Shown piece by piece: positions 40,102-49,602 of a DNA stretch of 64,000 nt. Position numbers and translations under genes: made by a program. Each line of letters opens with the position of its first letter. Position 1 is the first letter of the stretch. The notes under the pieces are model-generated. The model was given only the letters and a program-made list of their open reading frames with translations. It was not told where the DNA came from and searched no databases. The DNA lies in the NCBI GenBank assembly GCA_022711115.1, contig JAKLFP010000008.1, positions 6,617 through 70,616 on the forward strand, written 5' to 3'. Source of the stretch: Candidatus Omnitrophota bacterium. GTDB lineage: Bacteria; Omnitrophota; Omnitrophia; Omnitrophales; Aquincolibacteriaceae.

Positions 40102-40764
40102 ATGGAACGTCATTTTCATGAAGAGTTCAAAACGTTAAGGGAAAAGCTTTTTCAGATGGGATTGCTGGTGGAAGGAGCTATGGAGAAGGCCATGGACACG
40201 ATCCTTGAACGTAAAGGAGAATTGGTCGAAGCCGTTCTAACGGATGAAAATCTTATCAATCAACTTGAGATCGAGATCGATGAAAAAGGTCACGCCTTGT
40301 TCGCTTTGGCGCAGCCCGTGGCGGGTGATCTCCGACTATTAACCATGATCCTTAAGATCAATACGGATCTCGAAAGAATGGGCGATCATGCGGTCAATAT
40401 CGCCGAGAAAGGCCAATACCTTCTTGGCCAGGCGCCGCTCAAAACGGATTTTCCCATCGGCAAGATGGCGGATTCTGTAAAAAAAATGGTTCGCGATGCT
40501 CTTGATTGTTTTATGAACGAAAATGTGGAGTTGGCCCGCAAGGTGCTCCAAAGCGATGACGAGATCGATGATTTCAACGATCAGCTTTATGAAGTTATGG
40601 CAACGCTTATGGAAAAAGATCCCCCAGCTGTTCGGAGAGCTTTAAATTATATGATTATTGGGCGCAATCTCGAGCGCATTGCGGATCTGGCGAATAACAT
40701 TGCTGAAGACACCATCTATCTTAAGCAAGGGAAAGAAGTGCGCCACCACTTCGAAAAAAAATGA
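40102..40764 (+). CDS. phoU: phosphate signalling complex protein PhoU
   Basis: 220 aa two-repeat helical protein immediately after pstB. RBS AAGGAGAAGG. Confidence 0.85.
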   Translation: MERHFHEEFKTLREKLFQMGLLVEGAMEKAMDTILERKGELVEAVLTDENLINQLEIEIDEKGHALFALAQPVAGDLRLLTMILKINTDLERMGDHAVNIAEKGQYLLGQAPLKTDFPIGKMADSVKKMVRDALDCFMNENVELARKVLQSDDEIDDFNDQLYEVMATLMEKDPPAVRRALNYMIIGRNLERIADLANNIAEDTIYLKQGKEVRHHFEKK

Positions 40765-40767
40765 GCG

Positions 40768-42543
40768 CTATTTAGGAAAGAAAACAGAAAAACGGGAGCC
40801 CTCGTGAAATGTGCTTTGGCAGGTGACTTTACCACCGTGGGCTTCCATAATATGCTTCACAATGGCAAGTCCAAGCCCTGTGCCGCCCATCTCTCTCGAT
40901 CTTGCTTTGTCCACGCGGAAAAACCGTTCGAAAATACGCGGGAGGGCCTCCTGGGGGATCCCTGTGCCGGTATCTTCGATCGAAATTTCAATTTCTCCGG
41001 GATGTTGTTTGGCATCCAGGATGATTTTGCCTTTTTTTTCGTTAAATTTGATCGCATTATCAATCAAATTCACAAGCACTTGCCTGAATTTATCAAGGTG
41101 GGCTTTCAGCGAAATGGCTGGAATTCGGGCGATTTTGTTTTCGATAACTAATTGTTTTAATTCGATTTGGGATTTGAACCTATCGAGAACGGTCTGGATT
41201 TCTTTCTGAAGCTCCAGATTTTCTTTGCTTATAAGCTTGTTGCTCTGTTCGATTTCATTAAGCGTTAGCAGGTCATCGACCAAGCGGGAGAGACGGGAAG
41301 TATCTTCGGACATCATTTTTAAGAAGCCTTCACTGGTTTTTGGATCTTTAAGAGCTCCGCCTAAGAGCGTCTCAATGAACCCTTGCAATGAAGTGAGAGG
41401 CGTCCGGAGTTCATGAGAAACATTGGCCACGAATTCTTTGCGGATGTTTTCAAGTCTGCGCAGTTCGGTCACATCGTAAAAGACGAGGATCCCTCCGATA
41501 TTTTGGATGTTTTCGCCAAGAATGACGACGTTGGCGCGCAAGATGTTCCTGGTTTTTGAAGAAAGCTGAATTTCTTCCGTAATATCTTTTTGCTCTTTGA
41601 TGGCGCGATCGACAATCAGTTCAAGCACGGGATGCCGTGTTATTTCGATCAGGCTTTTCCCAAAAGCTTGATTCATATAAAAGCCGAAAAGATGCTCCGC
41701 GTTTGGATTTGCCGTAATTAGCCGCTTGCGGCGGTCGATCGCGATGACGGCTTCGGTCATGTTGTTGAGGATTGCGGCAATTTTCCCTTTCTCGTTTTCC
41801 AGATCCTTGATCCTGACTTTAAGCGTCTCGGCCATGAGATTCATCGTATCGCCAAGGAGTTTGAGTTCATCCTTTCCGTCCATCAAGATCCTTTCCGACC
41901 AATCTTCACGGGCGTATTTTTCAGCAACCCAGGTGATTTTTTTTATACGTTGGGTCAAATGTTTTGCGAATAAAATTCCAGTAAATAAAACGATCAGAAC
42001 CCCGGCAAGCGCAGAAACGATAATGGGTTTTCGGGCCGACGCGAGAAGTTCGTCGACCCGGGTGATCGGCATGGCCACCCTTATCACGCCGCTTATTTTC
42101 TCATTTTCGAGGATAGGGACAGCAACATAAAGCATGGGAGTTTTGAGCGTCAGGCTGTAGCGGGTAAAGCTTCCCGTTGTTTTTCTGAGTGCCGCGGCAA
42201 TTTCCGGTCTTGAAGCGTGATTGTCCATTTTTTCAATCGCTTCTGGGGTTTCGCTGGAATCGGCCGAGACCGTCCCTTCCGGATTAACGACCGTAATGCG
42301 GCTTTGCGTGTCACGCGCGATTTTTTCGATAAGGCTTTGAAGTTCTGATTGTTGGGACAAAAGGGGAGCTGTAATTCTCCGGATCACAAGGGCCTGATGG
42401 GTGAGAGACTGTTTGAGTTGGGAAAGATTCCGCTTGCTGAGAGTCTGGGATAAGGTCCAATCCGTGATGATCAAGACCGTCACAAAAACGACGCCATAAA
42501 GTGCGATAAACCGTTTTGCGAAACCAATTCGTGGCCAAAGCAT
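40768..42543 (-). CDS. phoR: phosphate regulon sensor histidine kinase PhoR
   Basis: The supplied ORF runs to 42675 and overlaps phoB. The start MLWPRIGFAK (ATG at 42543) lies 1 nt after the phoB stop. N-terminal TM helices, HAMP-like region, HisKA (SHELRTPL), HATPase (GTGLGLAIVKH). Confidence 0.8.
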   Translation of the reverse strand: MLWPRIGFAKRFIALYGVVFVTVLIITDWTLSQTLSKRNLSQLKQSLTHQALVIRRITAPLLSQQSELQSLIEKIARDTQSRITVVNPEGTVSADSSETPEAIEKMDNHASRPEIAAALRKTTGSFTRYSLTLKTPMLYVAVPILENEKISGVIRVAMPITRVDELLASARKPIIVSALAGVLIVLFTGILFAKHLTQRIKKITWVAEKYAREDWSERILMDGKDELKLLGDTMNLMAETLKVRIKDLENEKGKIAAILNNMTEAVIAIDRRKRLITANPNAEHLFGFYMNQAFGKSLIEITRHPVLELIVDRAIKEQKDITEEIQLSSKTRNILRANVVILGENIQNIGGILVFYDVTELRRLENIRKEFVANVSHELRTPLTSLQGFIETLLGGALKDPKTSEGFLKMMSEDTSRLSRLVDDLLTLNEIEQSNKLISKENLELQKEIQTVLDRFKSQIELKQLVIENKIARIPAISLKAHLDKFRQVLVNLIDNAIKFNEKKGKIILDAKQHPGEIEISIEDTGTGIPQEALPRIFERFFRVDKARSREMGGTGLGLAIVKHIMEAHGGKVTCQSTFHEGSRFSVFFPK

Positions 42544-42544
42544 A

Positions 42545-43234
42545 CTAGTCTCCGTCGAAACGGTAACCGACACTTTTGACTGTCGTGATCCGCCGCGATT
42601 CGTTTCCGAGTTTTTTTCGAAGTTGCGTGATATGCATGTCCACGGTCCGGGTCTCGATGTTGATGGAATTTTCATATCCCCAAACTTTGGATAAAAGGAC
42701 CTCGCGCGTCAGGACGCGCCCTGAGGAACTCATGAGTATTCGGAGAAGTTCAAACTCTTTTGCCGTAACTTCCACGGGCCTGGTTTTGAGGCGCAGTTCG
42801 TGCTTGCTGATATCCAGTTCAATGGTGCCGATCTTTAAGAATTCCTTTTTAGGGATCTCCTGGCTCCTCCGGAGGACAGCTTTGACACGGGCGATCAACT
42901 CGCGAGGGCTGAAGGGTTTAGTGATATAGTCATCAGCCCCAAGTTCCAATCCCACCACTTTATCCGCTTCCGTCCCTTTGGCCGTGAGCATAATGATTGG
43001 GATTGTGCGTGTTTTAGGATTTTGCCGGAGGGTTTTACAGATATCAAGGCCGCTTAATTCCGGCAACATAAGATCCAGAATGACGAGGGAGGAACTGCCC
43101 CTTAATGCCAATTCGAGGCCCATTCGTCCTTTACTTGCTGTCAGGACCTGAAAGCCTTCGTGCTCGAGATTATATTTGATAAGCTCGAGGATGTTTTTCT
43201 CATCTTCAATGACGAGGATCTTTTCGTTTGTCAT
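42545..43234 (-). CDS. phoB: phosphate regulon response regulator PhoB/PhoP (OmpR family)
   Basis: 229 aa. Receiver domain (LVIEDE...D...K) plus winged-helix C-terminus (TVDMHITQLRKKL). Divergent from the Pho-box-containing promoter. Confidence 0.85.
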   Translation of the reverse strand: MTNEKILVIEDEKNILELIKYNLEHEGFQVLTASKGRMGLELALRGSSSLVILDLMLPELSGLDICKTLRQNPKTRTIPIIMLTAKGTEADKVVGLELGADDYITKPFSPRELIARVKAVLRRSQEIPKKEFLKIGTIELDISKHELRLKTRPVEVTAKEFELLRILMSSSGRVLTREVLLSKVWGYENSINIETRTVDMHITQLRKKLGNESRRITTVKSVGYRFDGD

Positions 43235-43273
43235 AAATTTGACGCATCATTTTAACATAGCTTCCAAAGCTTC

Positions 43274-43291
43274 ATGTAAAAAAGATGTAAA
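43274..43291 (-). promoter_or_regulatory. Pho box (TTTACAT-N4-TTTACAT on the - strand) in the phoB / DUF2490 divergent promoter
   Basis: The + strand reads ATGTAAA-aaag-ATGTAAA, the reverse complement of the pstS box. Lies 40 bp upstream of the phoB ATG and 58 bp upstream of the + strand gene at 43349. Confidence 0.5.
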
Positions 43292-43348
43292 GAAATGAAT
43301 GTTTTGTGTACAATCTTTTTGTTTTGATTCGCGCACTTAGGAGGATTC

Positions 43349-44044
43349 ATGAAACGTTCTTTTTCCGTTTGTTTTTTTGGCATAGTTTTTTTGATGCTTT
43401 TAGGAATCAAGAGCCCCTTAGCGACTGCCACGCCCGCCAAAGATGAGGATTTTGGTTCTTGGCAAATTTACGATATTGAAAAGAAAGTGAACTCCCAGTT
43501 TAAAATGAAGGTGGGGGAAGAACTGCGTTTCCGGAGCCACAACGGGCTTTATTATGCGGAGACCCATGTGGGAGTGGACTATAAGCTGATGAAATACCTG
43601 GCGTTGGGTGCCGAGTATCAGGAAATCATCAGCTCCCGATGGAATAAGAAAAAGAAAGAAAATTTGTGGTATTGGGATAACGTGCCTCGCTTTTACACCA
43701 CGCCGCAATATTCTTTGAAAGGTTTCGTACTTGAAGACCGCAATATGTTGGAACTCCATTTTAAGCAACAAGCGGATAATACTGTGCGTTATCGGAATAT
43801 GGTGACCATCACGGCACCCTGGAAATGGACCCCGTTGGAATTTCAGCCATATACCTCCAACGAAATATTCATCGAGACCACCCGTAACGGGATGGTGGAG
43901 GACCGGTTTTTTTCCGGATTCAAGGTGCATTGGTGGGGGCCGGTTTCCGGATCGATCTTTTATTTGCGCCAATCCGCCAAGAATTCTCTCGCGAAATGGA
44001 CGTCGCTCAATATTCTCGGGACAAGTCTTAAATACTCTTTTTAG
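43349..44044 (+). CDS. hypothetical outer-membrane protein (DUF2490-like), possibly Pho-regulated
   Basis: 231 aa with signal peptide. Alternating beta-strand-like pattern. Ends ..LKYSF. RBS TAGGAGGA. Shares a promoter region with the Pho box. Confidence 0.5.
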   Translation: MKRSFSVCFFGIVFLMLLGIKSPLATATPAKDEDFGSWQIYDIEKKVNSQFKMKVGEELRFRSHNGLYYAETHVGVDYKLMKYLALGAEYQEIISSRWNKKKKENLWYWDNVPRFYTTPQYSLKGFVLEDRNMLELHFKQQADNTVRYRNMVTITAPWKWTPLEFQPYTSNEIFIETTRNGMVEDRFFSGFKVHWWGPVSGSIFYLRQSAKNSLAKWTSLNILGTSLKYSF

Positions 44045-44046
44045 GG

Positions 44047-44079
44047 GGCTCACGGAAAGAGCCGTATTTTTCTCTTTTT
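44047..44079 (+). terminator. putative rho-independent terminator after the DUF2490-like gene
   Basis: GGCTC-acggaaa-GAGCC hairpin followed by gtaTTTTTcTcTTTTT. Confidence 0.4.
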
Positions 44080-44166
44080 CAAAGAAGTTTTATGTTAAAA
44101 TACCGCCACTTTTCTTGAAACTATTTCCACAAAGGAAAATATCAGGCGTCATTTTTTTGATCAAAC

Positions 44167-45846
44167 ATGACAAAATCTGGATTTATAGAAACAGACATTT
44201 TGGTAATTGGCGGAGGGGTAGCGGGCCTCTCCTTTGCGATTCATATCGCGGATTTGGTTGAAAAGCATAACCAAGGTTTGAGCAATAAACTACCCTTGAA
44301 CGTTCTTTTGCTTGAAAAAGGGGCTTCTTTGGGGAGCCATAGCCTCTCCGGTGCGGTCGTCAATCCTTCCACAATTAAGGAACTGCTTCCGGAAATCGCA
44401 GAAAAAGACCTTCCCTTTGATTCTCCGGTCACCAAAGACGAGTTTTACCATCTTCTTCCCCAACATGCGATAAGGATGCCCTTTACACCGCCTTTTATGG
44501 GTAATCGCGGAAATTTCGTAGCTTCGATCGGTAAAATAACGAGATTCCTAGGAGAAATTGCTGAAAAAAAAGGTGTTCAAGTTTATCCCGGGTTCAGTGT
44601 GGATGAACTTCTTTATGAGAACGGGCAAGTTGTCGGGGCGAAGACGATCGATACCGGTGTCGACAAGCATGGTAAGCCGATGGAGAATTTCCAGCCGGGT
44701 ACGAAAGTGCTCGCCAAACTTGTGATCCTGGCTGAAGGGCCGCGCGGGAGCCTTTCGACAAAATTTATCCGCAAGCATGAACTTGTGAAAAATAACCCGC
44801 AGGTTTATTCCACAGGTGTCAAAGAACTTTGGGATGTGCCTGAAGGGACTTTTCAAGCCGGGCGCGTTATCCATACGCTCGGATTTCCTTTTGAATTCAA
44901 CCACTTTGGCGGTGGGTTTATTTATGGCATGAACAGCCGGCAGGTTGCGGTAGGCATTGCGGCGGCACTTGATTACAAGGACCCGACTTTTAATCCGCAT
45001 GCCGCGTTTCAACTGTATAAGAAGCATCCGTTTGTTGCCAAGATTCTGGAAAAAGGAAGAATCCTGAAATATGGCGCAAAAACGATTCCAGAAGGTGGGT
45101 TTTATTCGTTGCCGCAGCTTTATCATGATCACGTGATGATTGTCGGGGATTCTGCCGGATTCCTGAGCATGCCAAGTCTGAAAGGGATTCATCTCGCCAT
45201 CGAATCCGGGATGCTTGCGGCCCAAACGGCTTTTGAGGCGCTTCAGAAGAATGATTTTTCGAAAGGCCAGCTTCAATCTTATGAAGACCGGTATCAAAAA
45301 AGCTCGGGCTATAAAAATTTGTACCGAGTGCGCAATTTCCGGGCGGGATTTCAATACGGGATGATTCTCGGTGCGTTTCATTTTGCCTGGCAAATCGTGA
45401 CGGGCGGGCGCGGCATCGCGCCTTCGGGAAAAATGAGGTTGCATGAGGACGCATCGTGTTATCAAAAGCTTCCTGATGTAAAAAACCCATTCCTGACAAA
45501 ATTCAAAAAAGAACTGAATTTCGATAAAAAGCTTACGTTCGATAAAGTGACCGATGTTTTTTATTCCGGATCTAAGCATGATGAGGAACAACCGTGCCAT
45601 TGCCGTGTGCTGGATTTTGACCTTTGCCGTGATATCTGTATTCCCAAATACGGCGGGCCTTGCCAGCATTTTTGTCCGGCGGAGGTTTATGAGATCGTGA
45701 CAGACCCAAAAACAGGAAAAAAGGATCTTCATCTTCACCCCGCAAACTGCGTGCATTGCAAGACTTGTGACATCAACGATCCTTTTGGCAATATCGAATG
45801 GGCGGTGCCGTACGGTGGCGATGGCCCGGAGTATGAGAATCTCTGA
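44167..45846 (+). CDS. electron transfer flavoprotein-ubiquinone oxidoreductase (ETF-QO)
   Basis: 559 aa. N-terminal GGGVAGLSFA FAD motif. C-terminal 4Fe-4S motif CQHFCPAEVYEI...CVHCKTCDINDP characteristic of ETF-QO. Confidence 0.85.
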   Translation: MTKSGFIETDILVIGGGVAGLSFAIHIADLVEKHNQGLSNKLPLNVLLLEKGASLGSHSLSGAVVNPSTIKELLPEIAEKDLPFDSPVTKDEFYHLLPQHAIRMPFTPPFMGNRGNFVASIGKITRFLGEIAEKKGVQVYPGFSVDELLYENGQVVGAKTIDTGVDKHGKPMENFQPGTKVLAKLVILAEGPRGSLSTKFIRKHELVKNNPQVYSTGVKELWDVPEGTFQAGRVIHTLGFPFEFNHFGGGFIYGMNSRQVAVGIAAALDYKDPTFNPHAAFQLYKKHPFVAKILEKGRILKYGAKTIPEGGFYSLPQLYHDHVMIVGDSAGFLSMPSLKGIHLAIESGMLAAQTAFEALQKNDFSKGQLQSYEDRYQKSSGYKNLYRVRNFRAGFQYGMILGAFHFAWQIVTGGRGIAPSGKMRLHEDASCYQKLPDVKNPFLTKFKKELNFDKKLTFDKVTDVFYSGSKHDEEQPCHCRVLDFDLCRDICIPKYGGPCQHFCPAEVYEIVTDPKTGKKDLHLHPANCVHCKTCDINDPFGNIEWAVPYGGDGPEYENL

Positions 45847-45899
45847 CGAAGGGGACCGGCACTGGGTACTTGCCTGTCTCTTTTGCGGAAAAGGAAAAT

Positions 45900-47861
45900 A
45901 TGGGACTTAAAATTATCAGTTTGATGAAGCAAGTACCGCTCCCGACAGAAATGAGAATGGGGGCGGACGGGCTCATGGACCGTACCAAAGCGAAGTCGAT
46001 CATCAATAACGACTGTTCGTTCGGGCTTGAGCAGGGATTGCAGATCAAAAAGTATGTTCCGGATGTGGAACTGATCGTGGTCTCCATGGGACCGCCGAGT
46101 TTCGAGCAATCCATGAAAAAAGCGTTAGCGATGGGTTATGACCGGGCGATTCTTCTTTCCGACCGGAAACTGGGGGGGTCTGATACTTTTGCGACCGGTT
46201 ATGCGATCTCTTCTTTGATCAAAAAACTTGGTTTTGACAAAAGCGGCAAAAATCCGTTTATTATTTTTTCCGGTCGCCAAACCACGGACGGGGATACGGC
46301 GCATGTCCCATCGCAGACCGCTGAAAATCTCGGGATCCCCCAGGCGACATTCGTGGAAAAAGTAGAGTTTCAAAGCGATCACTTAAAAGTTCGCCGAATC
46401 ATCGAAGGAGGTTATCAGGTTCTGCGCCTGCCGATCCCATGCCTTATTTCGATTGCGCCGACCGCCACTCCTGCACGCCGGCCTTCTTTGGAAGGTGCGA
46501 TTCGAGCGCGGAACACAAAAATGGAAGTCTGGACGCTTGATCAAACGGGCGCGGATGCCAGCGTAGTCGGTCTGAACGGTTCGCCGACACTGGTGTCCAA
46601 GGTCGTGGATATTCAGAAAGACCGTCCGCCAGTCAATATGATCACCGGCCCCACGAACAAAGATCTTGCGGAGGGGCTTGTTGCTGAGATTGAAAAGATC
46701 AAGGATCAGATCGCAGGAGGACATACCCAAGTTTTAACAAAAGATGAAAAGCAGGAAGTGGCAGAGGCTAAAACAGATTCTGGATTTCCCAAAGTCGATT
46801 TTCGTCAAGGGGCGTATGGTGTGATGACTTGGGTCGAGATGCACGGCCAGAAGCCGTCCAGGTCTTCGCTCGAGATTCTGAGTCAGGCCAGAAAACTGGC
46901 GGACCAGCTTTCTACCAAAGTCATTTCCATCATGGTAGGGCACAATATCAAATCGGTGGCGCAAGAGATCATTGCCTATGGAGCTGACGAAGCGGTGGTG
47001 GTGGATGACCCGAGGCTTAAAGAATATACGACACTGCCGACAGCCGCGGCGATCGGACAATATATCGAAAAAAATCGTCCGGAGATCGCTCTTTTCGGGG
47101 CGACAACCTCGGGTCGCGAACTCGCTCCGCGGCTTGCGAGCCGTGTGCGTGCGGGGGTGACCGCGGATTGCACCAGTCTTGAGGTCGGAGAATATGTTCA
47201 CCGTATGAAAAAAACGGTGTTTTATCCGGTGCTTCAATCGATTCGTCCCACCTATGGCGAGAGTAAACTGGCGACGATTATTGGTTTCTGGTGCCCGCAA
47301 ATGGCGACTGCGCGACCCGGAACGTTCAAGATCCCGAAACGTGATTCAAACCGGAAAGGAACAGTCACGGAGTTCAAGCCTGTGTTTAAGGATAGCGATT
47401 TTGTGGTGGAGGTTGTGGAGACCAAACGCGAAGAGGGTGGCGCCGACAATCTTTTCGTGGCGGATATTGTCATCTCAGGCGGCAGACCTGCCGGGGAACA
47501 TGACGATTTAAAATTAATCAAAGAACTCACCCAAGCACTTCAAGATCAGGGTATCAATGCGGATTGGGGCGCGAGTCGTCATGCGGTGGACAATGGTTAT
47601 GCGCCTTATGGGCGTCAGGTTGGACAGACCGGCAAGACTATCCGACCCAAAGTTTATGTCGCCGTTGCGATTTCCGGAGCCATCCAGCATTTGGCAGGGA
47701 TGAAAGAATCCGGAAAGATCATTGCTATCAATCAAGACCCGCAGGCCCCGATCTTCCGTCATGCGGATTTTGGCATTGTGCGCGATTATCAGGAAGTGCT
47801 TCCCGAACTCATCGGGAAAGTTAAAGCCGGTTTCACCTTCGGCCTCAATCCCAGCAAGTAA
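45900..47861 (+). CDS. fused electron transfer flavoprotein beta-alpha (FixA-FixB fusion)
   Basis: The supplied ORF starts at 45870. MGLKIISLMKQVP (ATG 45900, RBS AAAGGAAA) matches the ETF-beta start. The C-terminal half contains the ETF-alpha FAD signature VAVAISGAIQHLAGMKESGKIIAINQD. 653 aa, about the sum of beta plus alpha. Confidence 0.75.
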   Translation: MGLKIISLMKQVPLPTEMRMGADGLMDRTKAKSIINNDCSFGLEQGLQIKKYVPDVELIVVSMGPPSFEQSMKKALAMGYDRAILLSDRKLGGSDTFATGYAISSLIKKLGFDKSGKNPFIIFSGRQTTDGDTAHVPSQTAENLGIPQATFVEKVEFQSDHLKVRRIIEGGYQVLRLPIPCLISIAPTATPARRPSLEGAIRARNTKMEVWTLDQTGADASVVGLNGSPTLVSKVVDIQKDRPPVNMITGPTNKDLAEGLVAEIEKIKDQIAGGHTQVLTKDEKQEVAEAKTDSGFPKVDFRQGAYGVMTWVEMHGQKPSRSSLEILSQARKLADQLSTKVISIMVGHNIKSVAQEIIAYGADEAVVVDDPRLKEYTTLPTAAAIGQYIEKNRPEIALFGATTSGRELAPRLASRVRAGVTADCTSLEVGEYVHRMKKTVFYPVLQSIRPTYGESKLATIIGFWCPQMATARPGTFKIPKRDSNRKGTVTEFKPVFKDSDFVVEVVETKREEGGADNLFVADIVISGGRPAGEHDDLKLIKELTQALQDQGINADWGASRHAVDNGYAPYGRQVGQTGKTIRPKVYVAVAISGAIQHLAGMKESGKIIAINQDPQAPIFRHADFGIVRDYQEVLPELIGKVKAGFTFGLNPSK

Positions 47862-47896
47862 TTATTTTACCGCCTGCGAGGCATATTAGGTTTATC

Positions 47897-49138
47897 ATGA
47901 AAATCATCGCGGATTTTCATATTCATTCCAAATACAGCCGGGCAACTTCCAAAGAAATGGAAGTCGGAACACTTGCCCATTTTGCCGAAAAGAAGGGGAT
48001 CAATCTTCTCGGGACCGGCGATTTCACGCACCCACAATATTTCAAAGAACTTCAATCCGAGTTGGAACCGCTCGGTAATGGTTTTTTCAGGTTGAAAGGA
48101 GAAAAATCTCCCGTTCATTTTGTTTTGAGTGCTGAAACAAGCCATATTTTTTCAGTAAAAGGAAAGACGCATCGTGTGCATGTGATCCTTCTGGCTCCCT
48201 CATTGGATGTAGTTGAGAAAATCAATAGGCAATTGGCCCGGCGTGGCAATATTGCGAGCGATGGCCGGCCGATCTTCGGGATGCATGTCAAAGACATGGT
48301 GAAGCTTACCCTCGATATTTCTCCGGAAGTCATGATCATCCCGGCCCATGCATGGACGCCGTGGTTTTCGGTCTTTGGATCAGCCTCAGGTTTTGACTCC
48401 CTTGAGGAATGTTTTGAAGAGCAGGCAAAGAATATCTATGCGATTGAGACGGGACTTTCATCGGACCCGTCCATGAACTGGCGGTTTTCAAACTTGGACA
48501 GGATCACGCTTATTTCCAATTCGGATGCTCATTCTCCTGCCAAGATCGGCCGGGAAGCGAATGTGCTGAACTGTGCCATGAATTACAGAGAAGTGATGGA
48601 TGTGATACGGACAGGCGCTCCGGAGAAGTTTCTTTATACGATAGAATTTTTCCCGGAAGAAGGAAAATACCATTTTGACGGGCACCGGGACTGTGGTGTG
48701 GTTTTCGACCCGAAGACTTCGAAAGAACATCAGTTTATTTGTCCCAAGTGCGGTAAACAATTAACGATTGGGGTCATGCACCGCGTGGAAGAGCTTGCGG
48801 ACCGCCCCACAGGTTTTTGTCCGGAAAAGAAAATTCCTTTTAAAAGCATGATTCCTCTTGATGAGATCCTTTCGGATACATTCCATAAAGGTGTTGCGAC
48901 GCAAACGGTCGCCAGGGAATACGAAAAAATGATACAGACTATCGGTCCAGAACTCGAGATCCTTTTGGAGAAAACTCCGGAAGAAATGGGGTCTATGGCG
49001 GATCCGAAAGTCATTGAAGCAATCCTGAATGTTCGGAACGGTAAAGTTCGGATTGAACCGGGTTATGACGGTTGTTACGGAAAAATCAAAGTGCCTTCCA
49101 TGTCGTCTTCACAAAAGGAACTTTTCAGTATCTCTTGA
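47897..49138 (+). CDS. PHP-domain protein with internal zinc-ribbon, endonuclease Q-like
   Basis: 413 aa. DFHIHSKYS N-terminal PHP motif, further His/Asp clusters, CPKCGKQ zinc ribbon. Confidence 0.5.
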   Translation: MKIIADFHIHSKYSRATSKEMEVGTLAHFAEKKGINLLGTGDFTHPQYFKELQSELEPLGNGFFRLKGEKSPVHFVLSAETSHIFSVKGKTHRVHVILLAPSLDVVEKINRQLARRGNIASDGRPIFGMHVKDMVKLTLDISPEVMIIPAHAWTPWFSVFGSASGFDSLEECFEEQAKNIYAIETGLSSDPSMNWRFSNLDRITLISNSDAHSPAKIGREANVLNCAMNYREVMDVIRTGAPEKFLYTIEFFPEEGKYHFDGHRDCGVVFDPKTSKEHQFICPKCGKQLTIGVMHRVEELADRPTGFCPEKKIPFKSMIPLDEILSDTFHKGVATQTVAREYEKMIQTIGPELEILLEKTPEEMGSMADPKVIEAILNVRNGKVRIEPGYDGCYGKIKVPSMSSSQKELFSIS

Positions 49139-49217
49139 CGGTATATTATCTTGAGGTTAAAATTTTCCGTCGTTTGACGATAAAATAGTAGTCTTTAAAA
49201 ATAAAAAGGGGGATCCT

Positions 49218-49598
49218 ATGTTAAAGAAATTCATTGCGGTCTTGCTGTTAGCGACTTGTATGGTTTCGGCAAGCGGGATAGCATATGCTGCAGAACAAGA
49301 TAAAGGTGAAACAAGCCTGACCCGTGGAGCGGCCTCTCTTTTTGTCCCCGGTTGGGGGCAGTATTTGAACGGGGAAATGGAAAACAAATCCGGGAAGATC
49401 AAGACCGGAACCATGATTGTTCTCGAGATTGGTGGTATTGTGACCACGATTCTATTGGGAACGCTTGTGGGCTATCCTGTGATTTGGGTGGGCATCGGGA
49501 TCCTGATGTTCAACCACATTTGGAGTGCGGCAGATGCTTATGCAAAGGCTCCGACAGGTCCTGAAGTTGCGATGAAGGGCGACGCAGTCGCACGTTAA
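49218..49598 (+). CDS. small membrane protein (126 aa) with signal peptide and PGWGQY motif
   Basis: RBS AAGGGGGA. Signal peptide MLKKFIAVLLLATCMVSASGIAYA. One further TM helix. Motif shared with 50637..51086. Confidence 0.55.
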   Translation: MLKKFIAVLLLATCMVSASGIAYAAEQDKGETSLTRGAASLFVPGWGQYLNGEMENKSGKIKTGTMIVLEIGGIVTTILLGTLVGYPVIWVGIGILMFNHIWSAADAYAKAPTGPEVAMKGDAVAR

Positions 49599-49602
49599 TT
49601 CT

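Noticed and set aside
42544-42675. N-terminal 44-codon extension of phoR overlapping phoB
   Set aside because: The extension is low-complexity and overlaps the phoB 3' end. The ATG at 42543 sits 1 nt after the phoB stop and is immediately followed by the TM helix expected at a PhoR N-terminus.
44548-45756. 402-aa ORF on the - strand antisense to ETF-QO
   Set aside because: It lies entirely within the well-supported ETF-QO gene. The translation is Arg/Phe-rich with no family resemblance, a shadow ORF. The same reasoning applies to 29057..29968, 27159..27848, 34677..35405, 35529..36086, 39284..39946, 46734..47300, 18331..18906, 17339..17893, 20774..21319 and 23480..24001.
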